Positions 17,279 to 24,703 of a stretch of 24,703 nucleotides of DNA are shown here, in pieces. The position numbers were made by a program, and so were the translations under genes. The notes under the pieces were generated by a model. That model was not told where the DNA came from, ran no database searches, and saw nothing but the letters and a program-made list of their open reading frames with translations. Origin of the DNA: a virus (Duplodnaviria > Caudoviricetes). Position 1 is the stretch's first letter, and every line of letters begins with the position of its first letter. The stretch spans positions 1 through 24,703 of IMG/VR virus record IMGVR_UViG_3300037440_000380; one strand, given 5' to 3'.

Positions 17279-18268
17279 ATGACCTTCGCCACCGACATCC
17301 GTGATGACATCGACGCGTTGCTCGCGCTCGGCGAGCTCGCCGAGCCGATCTCCTACCGCGTCCACGCTCTCGGCGCGCTCGAGACCGGTCTCGTCGGCCG
17401 CTGGGAGCTCGAGGAGTCGTCCGGCAGGGCCGTCGACGTCTCGGGTCGCGGAAACCATCTCGCGGCCGTCGGCTCCGTCGGATCGAAGGCAGACGGGAAG
17501 ATCCTCAAGGCGCGCGGTCCTTTCGACGCATCGAACTACCTGAGGCGCAACCTCGCGGCGCTCGACGATTTCGACGTCAGGGGACTCGTCAGCATGACCG
17601 CGCTCGCCTGGGTGCGGCTCGCCGCGAAGACCGGGAATCAGAGCCTCATCGAGATCTGGTCGCCGACATTCACCGACCAGGCGCTGATCCTGCGCTACGA
17701 GCTCGCCTCGGACACGGTCGTCTTCCACCAGGCGGACGGCGCCGGCGGCAGTTCGTCGGTGGCTGCTGGCGTCCTGGCGCCGGCCGTCGGGACGTGGTTC
17801 CTCGCCGCTGGCGTCTTCGACGCCGGGACGCAGATGCTCTCGGCATACCTGAACGGGACCCTGGTGTCCGCCGCCGGCGAGGCCGGCGGCTTCCCGCACA
17901 CGACCTTCGCCGCCGGGATCAAGCTCGGCGCCTTCACGACGGCGGGTCTCTCGGGCGACCTTGACGACGGCATGTTCTGGGCTGGCCGCGCGCTCACGGA
18001 AGCCGAGCTCGACACGGTCTACGGCGCCGGCGACGGTCCCTGGAGCGACGTCAACGCCTTCGTCACTCCCGGGTACGCCGACGACCCGAACCTGATCGGC
18101 GTCGCCGCCGAGGGACTCGACGCGCCGATCGTCGTCCAGGTGTCGAAGACCGACATCCCGACGGTGACTGAACTGAAGGACGTCGTCCTCTGGAACGGAA
18201 AGCACTATCACGTGAAGCGCATCATCGACGAGGACGCCGCGTCGCGGCGGCTCTACTGTGCCCGCTGA
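17279..18268 (+). CDS. Head-closure (gpFII-like) protein with inserted LamG/concanavalin-A-like domain
   Basis: N-term MTF.TDI..D....GELAEPISY and C-term VSKTDIPTV...DVV.WNGKHYHV; middle GLVGRWELEESSG.AVDVSGRGNHL...W...AGVFD...YLNG...GDLDD....RALTEAE. Confidence 0.75.
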   Translation: MTFATDIRDDIDALLALGELAEPISYRVHALGALETGLVGRWELEESSGRAVDVSGRGNHLAAVGSVGSKADGKILKARGPFDASNYLRRNLAALDDFDVRGLVSMTALAWVRLAAKTGNQSLIEIWSPTFTDQALILRYELASDTVVFHQADGAGGSSSVAAGVLAPAVGTWFLAAGVFDAGTQMLSAYLNGTLVSAAGEAGGFPHTTFAAGIKLGAFTTAGLSGDLDDGMFWAGRALTEAELDTVYGAGDGPWSDVNAFVTPGYADDPNLIGVAAEGLDAPIVVQVSKTDIPTVTELKDVVLWNGKHYHVKRIIDEDAASRRLYCAR

Positions 18269-18845
18269 GTTCCGAGTCGAGATCAACGACCGCGAGGTGA
18301 AGCGTCTCATGCGCGACGCGCCGCGGGTGTTCAACGCCGAGTTCAACCGCTCGTTCGCGCGCGCGGCCGGCGCCTTCTACAAGAAGTTCGCGAAGGAGCG
18401 GCTGAAGAAGGGCGGCATCCAGGTGAGGCGCCGGCTCGCGAAGAAGGCCTCGGGAGGCGGGGTGTCCGTGCCGGCGAAGGCGCGGGCGCTCGGCTTCCGC
18501 GGCGCGCTGCTCGGCCGCGGCGAGCTGCACCGCAAGGCCGCGCTGATGTCGAACTCGAACCCGGTCGCGGTGATCCACGAGACCGGCGGGACGATCCGGC
18601 CACGGCGCGGCAACTTCCTCTTCGTCAGGGTGAAGAGCGTCGCGGCGCTCCGCAGGGCCGGCGTCAAGGTGAAGCGCGGCGCGCGGCCGAAGGTCATCAA
18701 GGTGCGGCAGGTGACGATCAAGCCGCGGCTCGGATTCTTCTCGACCTGGCGGGCGTTCTTGCCGGAGCTCAGGCAGCGGCTCGCAACATCGCTCAAGGCG
18801 GCGAGCGACCGCGCCGTGGCGCGGGCGAAGAGGGGGACGCGGTGA
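18258..18845 (+). CDS. Basic tail-completion/neck protein
   Basis: Arg/Lys-rich; AVIHETGGTIRP and VTIKPRLGF motifs; position. Confidence 0.7.
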   Translation: MPAEFRVEINDREVKRLMRDAPRVFNAEFNRSFARAAGAFYKKFAKERLKKGGIQVRRRLAKKASGGGVSVPAKARALGFRGALLGRGELHRKAALMSNSNPVAVIHETGGTIRPRRGNFLFVRVKSVAALRRAGVKVKRGARPKVIKVRQVTIKPRLGFFSTWRAFLPELRQRLATSLKAASDRAVARAKRGTR

Positions 18846-19319
18846 ATGGCGCTCCACGCGGAAACCATCCTGGACGCGATCGTCACGGCGCTCGACGCGA
18901 TCCGGGACGACACTGGAGCATCGTTCGCGCCGGTCCTCGTGGCGCGCTGGGACCGCTACACGGCGGAGACCGGACCGCTTCCGAGCATCCTCGTCAAGCG
19001 CCGGCGGATCGTCCGCGACCGGGAGGAGCAGGGGGGCGGCTGGCGCTGCGACCTCGAGGTGGACGTCTGGATCATGATCGCGGCCGAGACCGACGGCTCG
19101 GTACCGACCGACAAGGCCGAGACGCTCGCCGCCGGCGACGTCGAGCAGGCCATCAACGGCATGGACTGGCAGACGCTCGAGGCGAACCTGGCGCGGCTCG
19201 AGAGCCGCTCGCTCTGGGAGGAGGACGAGCAGGAGCCGAACGACGGCGCCATCGTGAGCCTGGTCGTCCAGTACAAGCTGGCATACGAGGACCTCGAGAC
19301 CGTCATCGAGCCTTTCTGA
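18846..19319 (+). CDS. Tail terminator (gpU-like)
   Basis: Acidic 157 aa, ETILDAIVTAL..I N-terminus; directly before tail tube gene. Confidence 0.65.
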   Translation: MALHAETILDAIVTALDAIRDDTGASFAPVLVARWDRYTAETGPLPSILVKRRRIVRDREEQGGGWRCDLEVDVWIMIAAETDGSVPTDKAETLAAGDVEQAINGMDWQTLEANLARLESRSLWEEDEQEPNDGAIVSLVVQYKLAYEDLETVIEPF

Positions 19320-19329
19320 GGAACAGAGC

Positions 19330-20493
19330 ATGAGAACGAACCGACGGGAGTTCGCCGCCGAGCAGGAGGCGACGCCGGGGAGCGCCGAGACGATCGTCGT
19401 CGCCGATCTCCTCGTGCGGATGCGCGACGGCGACTCGTGGGACCTCGACGTCGACATCTTCGACCCGGAGGAGCTCCAGGCCTCGAGCTCAAAGCGGCCG
19501 ATCATGGCCGGGCGGTCCCTGGTCGACGCGACGATCAGCTACATCCTCCGCGGTCCCGCATCTCAGAGCGTCGCGCCGGCGATCCAGGACCTCCTGCTCG
19601 CCGCCATGCTCGAAGTGGAGGCGGTCACGAACAGTCCCATCGGCGCGGTGACGACCGGTCCCTTCCTCGACGGCGAGACGATCACCGGCGGGACGTCGAC
19701 CGAAACGGCCACGGTCTTCCGCGATACTGCGAACGGCGCCGCGGTCATCAAGTACATCGACCCCTCGGGCGCCTTCGACGCCGCGGAGGTCCTCACCGGG
19801 GGGACCTCGGGCGCCACCGCGACGACCGGCGGTGCGCCAGCCGCGAACGGCTTCCGCTACAAACCGGCCGACTCGAACTTCGGCGCCGGAGACTCGCTCC
19901 ACCATGTCACCGGGAAGTTCCTCGAGGACGGGACCTTCCTCACCGGCAGGGGCATGCTTGCGAACCTCTCGATGCTCTTCCAGGTGGGGAAGCCCGTCAT
20001 CGTAACTCAGCGGCTCGTCGGCGGCTACGAGGCGCACGGCGACCTGGCGCTCTTCGCGCCGGCGACCTATCCAGAGGAGGACAACGCGGCGCCGCTCTTC
20101 CTCTCGGCGGCTCTCCTCCTCGGCGGCTACACGCCGACGGACATCCGCGAGATGACCATGACGATCGAGACCAACCCGGAAGCCCGCGAGGACGCGCAGT
20201 CCGCGAGCGGCGTCCTCTACGCCGACTACCAGAAGGACGCGCCGACGCTGACCGTCGACCCGGCGAAGGTGCTCGCGGCGACGAAGGACTGGCTCGCCGA
20301 GCTCAGGGCCGGGACGCGCTTCGGGGTCCAGTGGAACGTCGGCACGGTGGCGGGGCTCATCTGGAGCTTCTTCGCCGATGACTGCCAGCTCGTCAACGTC
20401 GACAACGGCAGCGAGCGGTCTCTGGCGACGCGGCCGCTCGAGATCCGCATGGGCGGGACGAGCAACGATGAACTGATTATCTGGCAACACTGA
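19330..20493 (+). CDS. Major tail tube protein with internal inserted domain
   Basis: EATPG N-terminus, YKP, C-terminal NDELII; internal GETITGGTS repeat pair; position before chaperones and tape measure. Confidence 0.75.
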   Translation: MRTNRREFAAEQEATPGSAETIVVADLLVRMRDGDSWDLDVDIFDPEELQASSSKRPIMAGRSLVDATISYILRGPASQSVAPAIQDLLLAAMLEVEAVTNSPIGAVTTGPFLDGETITGGTSTETATVFRDTANGAAVIKYIDPSGAFDAAEVLTGGTSGATATTGGAPAANGFRYKPADSNFGAGDSLHHVTGKFLEDGTFLTGRGMLANLSMLFQVGKPVIVTQRLVGGYEAHGDLALFAPATYPEEDNAAPLFLSAALLLGGYTPTDIREMTMTIETNPEAREDAQSASGVLYADYQKDAPTLTVDPAKVLAATKDWLAELRAGTRFGVQWNVGTVAGLIWSFFADDCQLVNVDNGSERSLATRPLEIRMGGTSNDELIIWQH

Positions 20494-20508
20494 AAGGAGC
20501 ATTCTCTC

Positions 20509-20916
20509 ATGCGTACCGTATTCGCGACTCTCGCGGCGATCGGCGCCATCGTCGGTGCCGGTCTCTTTTTCCAGGCTGATACACCGCCGGCCTCGGCTCA
20601 GGTTCAGAATCCCGACATCACGATCGACTACGTCTTTGGCTGGACGCCGCCGGTATCCGGAGTGCCTGCCGATTACGAGGTGGCGGTCGACAACCCGACG
20701 GGGACCCAGCTCAATCCGCCCGGGACTGTCCACGTCACGCCGCCGGCGACCGAGGTGACGATGAGCACTTTTCTTACCGGACAACCCCTCGGCGACAACT
20801 ACACGGTTTACGTCCGCGCCGTGGATTCGAACGAAAACGTGGGACCTTATCTCGTGGTGCCGTTCGATTTCGTCGGGATCGGCGCTCCGACCGGGGGAAC
20901 GTTCAGTCTGCCGTAA
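20509..20916 (+). CDS. Putative exported FN3-like protein
   Basis: AAGGAG RBS; signal-peptide/TM-like MRTVFATLAAIGAIVGAGLFF..ASAQ; FGWTPP...YEV...YTVYVRAVDSNENVGP. Confidence 0.75.
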   Translation: MRTVFATLAAIGAIVGAGLFFQADTPPASAQVQNPDITIDYVFGWTPPVSGVPADYEVAVDNPTGTQLNPPGTVHVTPPATEVTMSTFLTGQPLGDNYTVYVRAVDSNENVGPYLVVPFDFVGIGAPTGGTFSLP

Positions 20917-20929
20917 CCAGGGAGGTTCC

Positions 20930-21304
20930 GTGGCGATACTCCGTAAACCCGGGACCGTCATCCCGCTTCACCTGCCGACCGAGGCGCTGTATCCCCCGGG
21001 GGATCGGGTCGTCGTCTGGGCGCGGGTGCCGGACAAGGGGACGTACCTGCAATGCGAGGAGATCTGCGGCGCCAATCTCGGGAACTACGAGACCGCGCGC
21101 CGCGTCATCGGGCTTCTCGCCGACCGGATCGAGAACCTGAAACGGGAGGACGGGAAGGACTTCACTCTTGAGCTCGAGAGCGGCGGGTATCTGACAGACG
21201 AGTGCGCGACCTGGCTCTCGCCGTACCTCAACGAGATCGCGACGGTCTGTCTCAACGCCGGCAAGTTGACGCCGGTCGACCGAAAAAACTGCTCATCGCC
21301 CTGA
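20930..21304 (+). CDS. Tail assembly chaperone gpG-like
   Basis: GGAGG RBS; ends LT..DRKN at a slippery site; upstream of tape measure. Confidence 0.8.
   Translation: MAILRKPGTVIPLHLPTEALYPPGDRVVVWARVPDKGTYLQCEEICGANLGNYETARRVIGLLADRIENLKREDGKDFTLELESGGYLTDECATWLSPYLNEIATVCLNAGKLTPVDRKNCSSP
21283..21289 (+). promoter_or_regulatory. Programmed -1 ribosomal frameshift site A AAA AAC
   Basis: X XXY YYZ heptamer in correct phase (CGA AAA AAC); -1 frame open to 21648. Confidence 0.85.
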
Positions 21305-21648
21305 GCGTGCTTTTCGAGGGATGGCAAGGTGACCAGCAAGGGACGATTCACTGTGACGCCTGCTTCCACCGCGAGGCCGCGGACGATTGCCCTGTCTGCA
21401 AGCGCCAGCGAGTGGTCATCCTCGAAGGATCCTACGAGAAGCACCTCGAGGGCGATTCCACCGACGTCTTCCGCGCCGCGACGACGATCGTCCAGTCGGC
21501 GCAGCATGAGTTCCCGCGGTCGGCAACAGACTGGCTCTCGCAGCCGGCGAAGTGGATTGACGCCTACGAGTTCCTCGTGCCGTTTGCGGCCGTAGAGCTC
21601 GAAGCGAAACGAAAGCGTGACGAGTTCGAATGCCCTCAACGAAGTTAG
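21283..21648 (+). CDS. gpT-like extension of tail chaperone (gpGT = 20930..21648 via -1 shift)
   Basis: No own start needed; KLLIALSVLF...CDAC...CPVC...WLSQPAKWIDA. Confidence 0.78.
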   Translation, partial: KKLLIALSVLFEGWQGDQQGTIHCDACFHREAADDCPVCKRQRVVILEGSYEKHLEGDSTDVFRAATTIVQSAQHEFPRSATDWLSQPAKWIDAYEFLVPFAAVELEAKRKRDEFECPQRS

Positions 21649-23294
21649 AAGCCAAGATCGTCGCCACCGATCAGTTCTCCTCGACCTTCAAGAAGGCCGA
21701 GACGACGATCAAGGGCTTCGGGAATCGCCTGAAGAAACCCTTCGGCGAGCTCGGCGCGTCGATCTTCAATCTTCGCAACGCCGTCGCCGCCTTCGGGACG
21801 GCGATCGGCGCGCGCTTCGCGGCGCGGCTCGTCACCAGCATCGCCGACAGCGCGGACCAGATCGGGAAGCTCTCGGAACGCGTCGGCGTATCGACCGAGC
21901 AGCTCTCCATCCTGCGCTTCGCGGCCGAGCAGACCGGATCGGACTTCAACACGCTCGCGACGGCGATCCGCACGGCGACCCAGCGCATCGGCGAGTTCGC
22001 CGGCACCGGGAAGGGCCAGGCCGCGCAGGTGCTCCAGTCGCTCGGCATCGCCGAGGCGGTCAAGGACGGCGAGCAGCTCGAGGCGCTGCTCCCGCGGATC
22101 GCCGACGCCTTCCAGCGGATCGACAACCAGGCGGAGCGGGTCAACCTCGCCTCGAAGCTCTTCGGCGAGACCGGCGGGCCGGCGTTCCTGAACCTCCTCC
22201 AGCAGGGCTCGCGGGGACTTGCTCAGTTCAGGGCCGAGGCCGAAAAGCTCGGGATCATCATCCATGCCGACCAGGCGAAGAACGCCGCCGACTTCAACGA
22301 TGAGATGAACCGGCTGAAGAAGACCTTCACCGGCTTCACTCAGGAGGCGCTCTCGCCGATGCTCCCGGTACTGGCATCGTTCTCCGAGGATCTCCGCGGC
22401 ATCCTCGCCGACATGAGGACGGCGCGCGAGGAGCGATCGCAGGCGCTCCAGGACCTGGCGAAACTGCGCGGGGTAGGAAAGGCGTCGACCCTCGGCGGGC
22501 CGCGGCGGCCGCAAGGCTTCGTCGACCCGTTCACCGGCCGGCCGGGCGGCGGCACCGGCGCGCCCGAGGGGACCCAGTTCGGCCCGGGCGTCGACCTTTC
22601 GAAGGACCCGCGATTCGGCTTCGTCGGGCCGCAGCTCCCCGCGACCATCGACAAGACCAGCGCCGCAGTAGAGGGACTGCACGAGCGGTTCGCCGGGCTC
22701 AGCGACGAGTCCGCGAAGTTCAACGAGGCCATGGAGCGGATCTCCACCACGTCGCCGTTCGAGCGGATGATCGATCGCGCCGGCAAGGCCAAGGAGGAGT
22801 TCTCGCAGTTCCACGACGTGATCCTGTCCGTCGGCGATGCGCTGGTGAACAACATCTCCGACAACCTCTCGGCCATGATCGAGGGGACGAAGAACGCGAA
22901 GCAGGCGTTCAGCGACATGGCGAAGGGCATCCTTCAGGACCTGCAGCGGATCATCATCCGGGCGACCATCGCGCGCATCGTCGGCATCGCGCTCGGTCCC
23001 GCGACCGGCGGCGTGACGTCCTTCCAGCATGGCGGCTTCGTCCCCGCCGGCGTGACGCAGAAGGCCGTGCTTCACGGGCCCGAGGTCGTCGTCCCGCTCG
23101 GCCGGAAGTTCCAGCCGCAGATCGGCGCCGGCGGCGGCGGTTCGACCGTGATCAACTACAACATCACGGCGATCGACGTCGAGGACTTCGACCGCAAGAT
23201 GCTCGGCTCGATGCGGCGGAACGACAGCGCGGTCACCGGGCTCGTCGCCAACTCGGCGCGCTCGAGCGCCGGGCTCAGGGGGGCTTTCCGATGA
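21630..23294 (+). CDS. Tape measure protein (554 aa)
   Basis: I.A.DQFS N-terminus, ADQIGKLSERVGVSTEQLS.L.FAAEQ, KLFGE.G, AKQAF.DMAK.IL.DL, FQHGG..HGPEVVVP. Confidence 0.93.
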   Translation: MPSTKLEAKIVATDQFSSTFKKAETTIKGFGNRLKKPFGELGASIFNLRNAVAAFGTAIGARFAARLVTSIADSADQIGKLSERVGVSTEQLSILRFAAEQTGSDFNTLATAIRTATQRIGEFAGTGKGQAAQVLQSLGIAEAVKDGEQLEALLPRIADAFQRIDNQAERVNLASKLFGETGGPAFLNLLQQGSRGLAQFRAEAEKLGIIIHADQAKNAADFNDEMNRLKKTFTGFTQEALSPMLPVLASFSEDLRGILADMRTAREERSQALQDLAKLRGVGKASTLGGPRRPQGFVDPFTGRPGGGTGAPEGTQFGPGVDLSKDPRFGFVGPQLPATIDKTSAAVEGLHERFAGLSDESAKFNEAMERISTTSPFERMIDRAGKAKEEFSQFHDVILSVGDALVNNISDNLSAMIEGTKNAKQAFSDMAKGILQDLQRIIIRATIARIVGIALGPATGGVTSFQHGGFVPAGVTQKAVLHGPEVVVPLGRKFQPQIGAGGGGSTVINYNITAIDVEDFDRKMLGSMRRNDSAVTGLVANSARSSAGLRGAFR

Positions 23295-23980
23295 CCACGC
23301 CGACATTCCTGCCGCCAGTCCAGCCGTCCTTCTCGCCGCAGACCCAGCACAACCTCCGGCTCGACCCGATGTCGACGCCGAAGGGCTACGACATCACGCG
23401 GACGCTCGGGGTGCGGTGGCTCGACTCGGTGGCGCTCGAGTGGAAGGTGCTCGCGAAGCCGGAGCTCGACGAGATCCTGAGCTTCTTCGAGGGCCTGAAC
23501 GGCGCGCCGGGACCGTTCTTCTGGACGCCGCTCGACCTCGTCCGGGACCCGCTCGGAATGACGCCAGTCTTGGGCGAGGTCGCCGGCGGAGGGCTCACGA
23601 GCCAGGGGACCTACTTCGTCCAGTTCGCCTGGTACCAGTCATCCGGCGGCCTCGAGAGCCGCGGGTCGAAGGAGGCGAGCTTCGCCGTCCAGGACAACTT
23701 CCTCCTCACCGTGACCGTCCCGGTCTTCCCCATGGGCGTCACCGAGTGGCGCGTCTACGTCGGCGCCGTTACCGGCGACGCCGAGCTCCAGGCCGGCACC
23801 GAGACGACGAGGACCTGGACGATGCCGGGGACGGGCCGGGTGGCCGGCGGCGCCAACCCGCCGGCCTCGAGCACGCTCACGGTCCCGCTTATCTGGCGGC
23901 TGGGCGGGGGCGCGACCGTACGAAAGATAGCTCCGAACCGTTTCAGCCTCGGCCTCGAGTTCCTGCAGCAGACGGCATGA
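23291..23980 (+). CDS. Distal tail protein (lambda gpM-like) with inserted beta-sandwich domain
   Basis: GY..T...G, I.SFF....G...FFWTP, C-term FSL.LEFLQ; insert GGGL..GTYFVQ.AW....GLES...WRVYVG. Confidence 0.75.
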   Translation: MTTPTFLPPVQPSFSPQTQHNLRLDPMSTPKGYDITRTLGVRWLDSVALEWKVLAKPELDEILSFFEGLNGAPGPFFWTPLDLVRDPLGMTPVLGEVAGGGLTSQGTYFVQFAWYQSSGGLESRGSKEASFAVQDNFLLTVTVPVFPMGVTEWRVYVGAVTGDAELQAGTETTRTWTMPGTGRVAGGANPPASSTLTVPLIWRLGGGATVRKIAPNRFSLGLEFLQQTA

Positions 23981-23983
23981 GAG

Positions 23984-24550
23984 ATGTCAGTGTGGTTCCA
24001 CGACCCATTCGTCCAGGGGCGCGTGCTCGGCGCGCATACCGCATCGGCCACGATCATGAGGCTCTCGTCCGGGGAGGGAGCCAGGTTCGCGGACGCGCCG
24101 CGGCAGCTCGTCGTCTGGGACCGCTCGCTCTGGGAAGACTGGCTCGACGCCTTCTACGACACGCCGAGCCAGGTGGAGATCTTCCACCAGCTTGTCGCGG
24201 CGAGCGGGGACGTCCTGCCTTCGGTCCTTCGGGCGCAGGCCGGGACGACCGCGCTCGACATGACCGACACGACGCACGAGTACCGCGTCCAGGCGGTGCA
24301 GACGGGCTTCGTCGTCGCGACGGATGTGAGCACTGGGACGATCAGCGTCACGGTCGGCGACCTGACGGTCGACGCGGGGGACGTGGTCGCGACGCTCGGA
24401 AGCCTCGTCACCGGGACGAGCGCCTGGAACACGGGGCATCTCATCCTCGGGACGTTCCACCTCTGGATCGACGCGACGGGGGACCTTCGGATCAAGAACG
24501 GCGCGCCGTCGAGCGCCACGGATGGCGTCGTCGTGGGGACACAGACCTGA
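23984..24550 (+). CDS. Tail fibre/spike-associated protein
   Basis: L..G.GARF N-terminal module, V.RAQAGTTA, C-terminal HLWIDATGDLRIKNGAPSSATDG.VVGTQ motif seen at ends of phage tail appendage proteins. Confidence 0.65.
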   Translation: MSVWFHDPFVQGRVLGAHTASATIMRLSSGEGARFADAPRQLVVWDRSLWEDWLDAFYDTPSQVEIFHQLVAASGDVLPSVLRAQAGTTALDMTDTTHEYRVQAVQTGFVVATDVSTGTISVTVGDLTVDAGDVVATLGSLVTGTSAWNTGHLILGTFHLWIDATGDLRIKNGAPSSATDGVVVGTQT

Positions 24551-24703
24551 ATGGCTAACCGCTACGACAACTTCGCCAAGGGACAGATCTCCGGGAGCCA
24601 CAGCGACGTCATCACGACGCTGACGCTGGTCACCGGCCACGGTGCGCGCTTCGCCGGCGCCTCGGCGGTGAATTTCCGCAAGATCATCGTCTGGGAGGCA
24701 TCG
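24551..24703 (+). CDS. Tail fibre-like protein, 5' part (3'-truncated), paralogous to the previous gene
   Basis: MANRYDNFAKGQISGSHSDVITTLTLVTGHGARFAGASAVNFRKIIVWEAS; frame open to window end. Confidence 0.7.
   Translation, partial: MANRYDNFAKGQISGSHSDVITTLTLVTGHGARFAGASAVNFRKIIVWEAS

Noticed and set aside
13418-23306. Long minus-strand ORFs (e.g. 15213-17240, 21645-23306, 19489-20961, 13418-14860)
   Set aside because: Antisense shadows of high-GC3 plus-strand genes; no motifs or RBS.
23977-23986. Another +1 frameshift at the ATGA overlap after the distal tail gene
   Set aside because: An in-frame ATG at 23984 explains the gene without any shift, and its position matches the paralogue's start.

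Overview
The whole window is a GC-rich, lambda-like (siphovirus-type) temperate phage or prophage segment. Every credible gene is on the + strand, and many are coupled by ATGA/GTGA overlaps. 1-3.97 kb is replication/recombination: an SbcC/Rad50-like ATPase C-terminus, a RuvC-like resolvase, a beta-class DNA methyltransferase, a replication initiator with a (QE)n repeat, and an HNH nuclease. 3.97-8.93 kb is an accessory block: a secreted FN3-like protein, a beta-propeller-like protein, small Cys-rich proteins, a YkgJ-like protein, an internally deleted FliA-like sigma factor, an M64 metallopeptidase and a sulfotransferase-like protein. A lambda-like cos signal lies near 8.98 kb. It is followed by terS/terL, a glycosyltransferase + methyltransferase pair, a Zn-ribbon regulator, and an intact head-tail module (gpW, portal, protease-capsid fusion, DUF2190, head closure, tail completion/terminator, tail tube, G/GT chaperones with an A AAA AAC -1 slippery site, tape measure, distal tail, two paralogous fibre-like proteins). 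Most unusual points: (i) a mini-sigma cassette sitting between two synonymously recoded copies of the M64 peptidase N-terminus; (ii) a shared C-terminal tag on two leaderless, normally extracellular-type proteins; (iii) lectin/FN3-like domains inserted inside three core virion proteins; (iv) five or six apparent +1 frameshifts, all in the non-structural half. Protein family calls come from motif recognition by eye, not from database searches.
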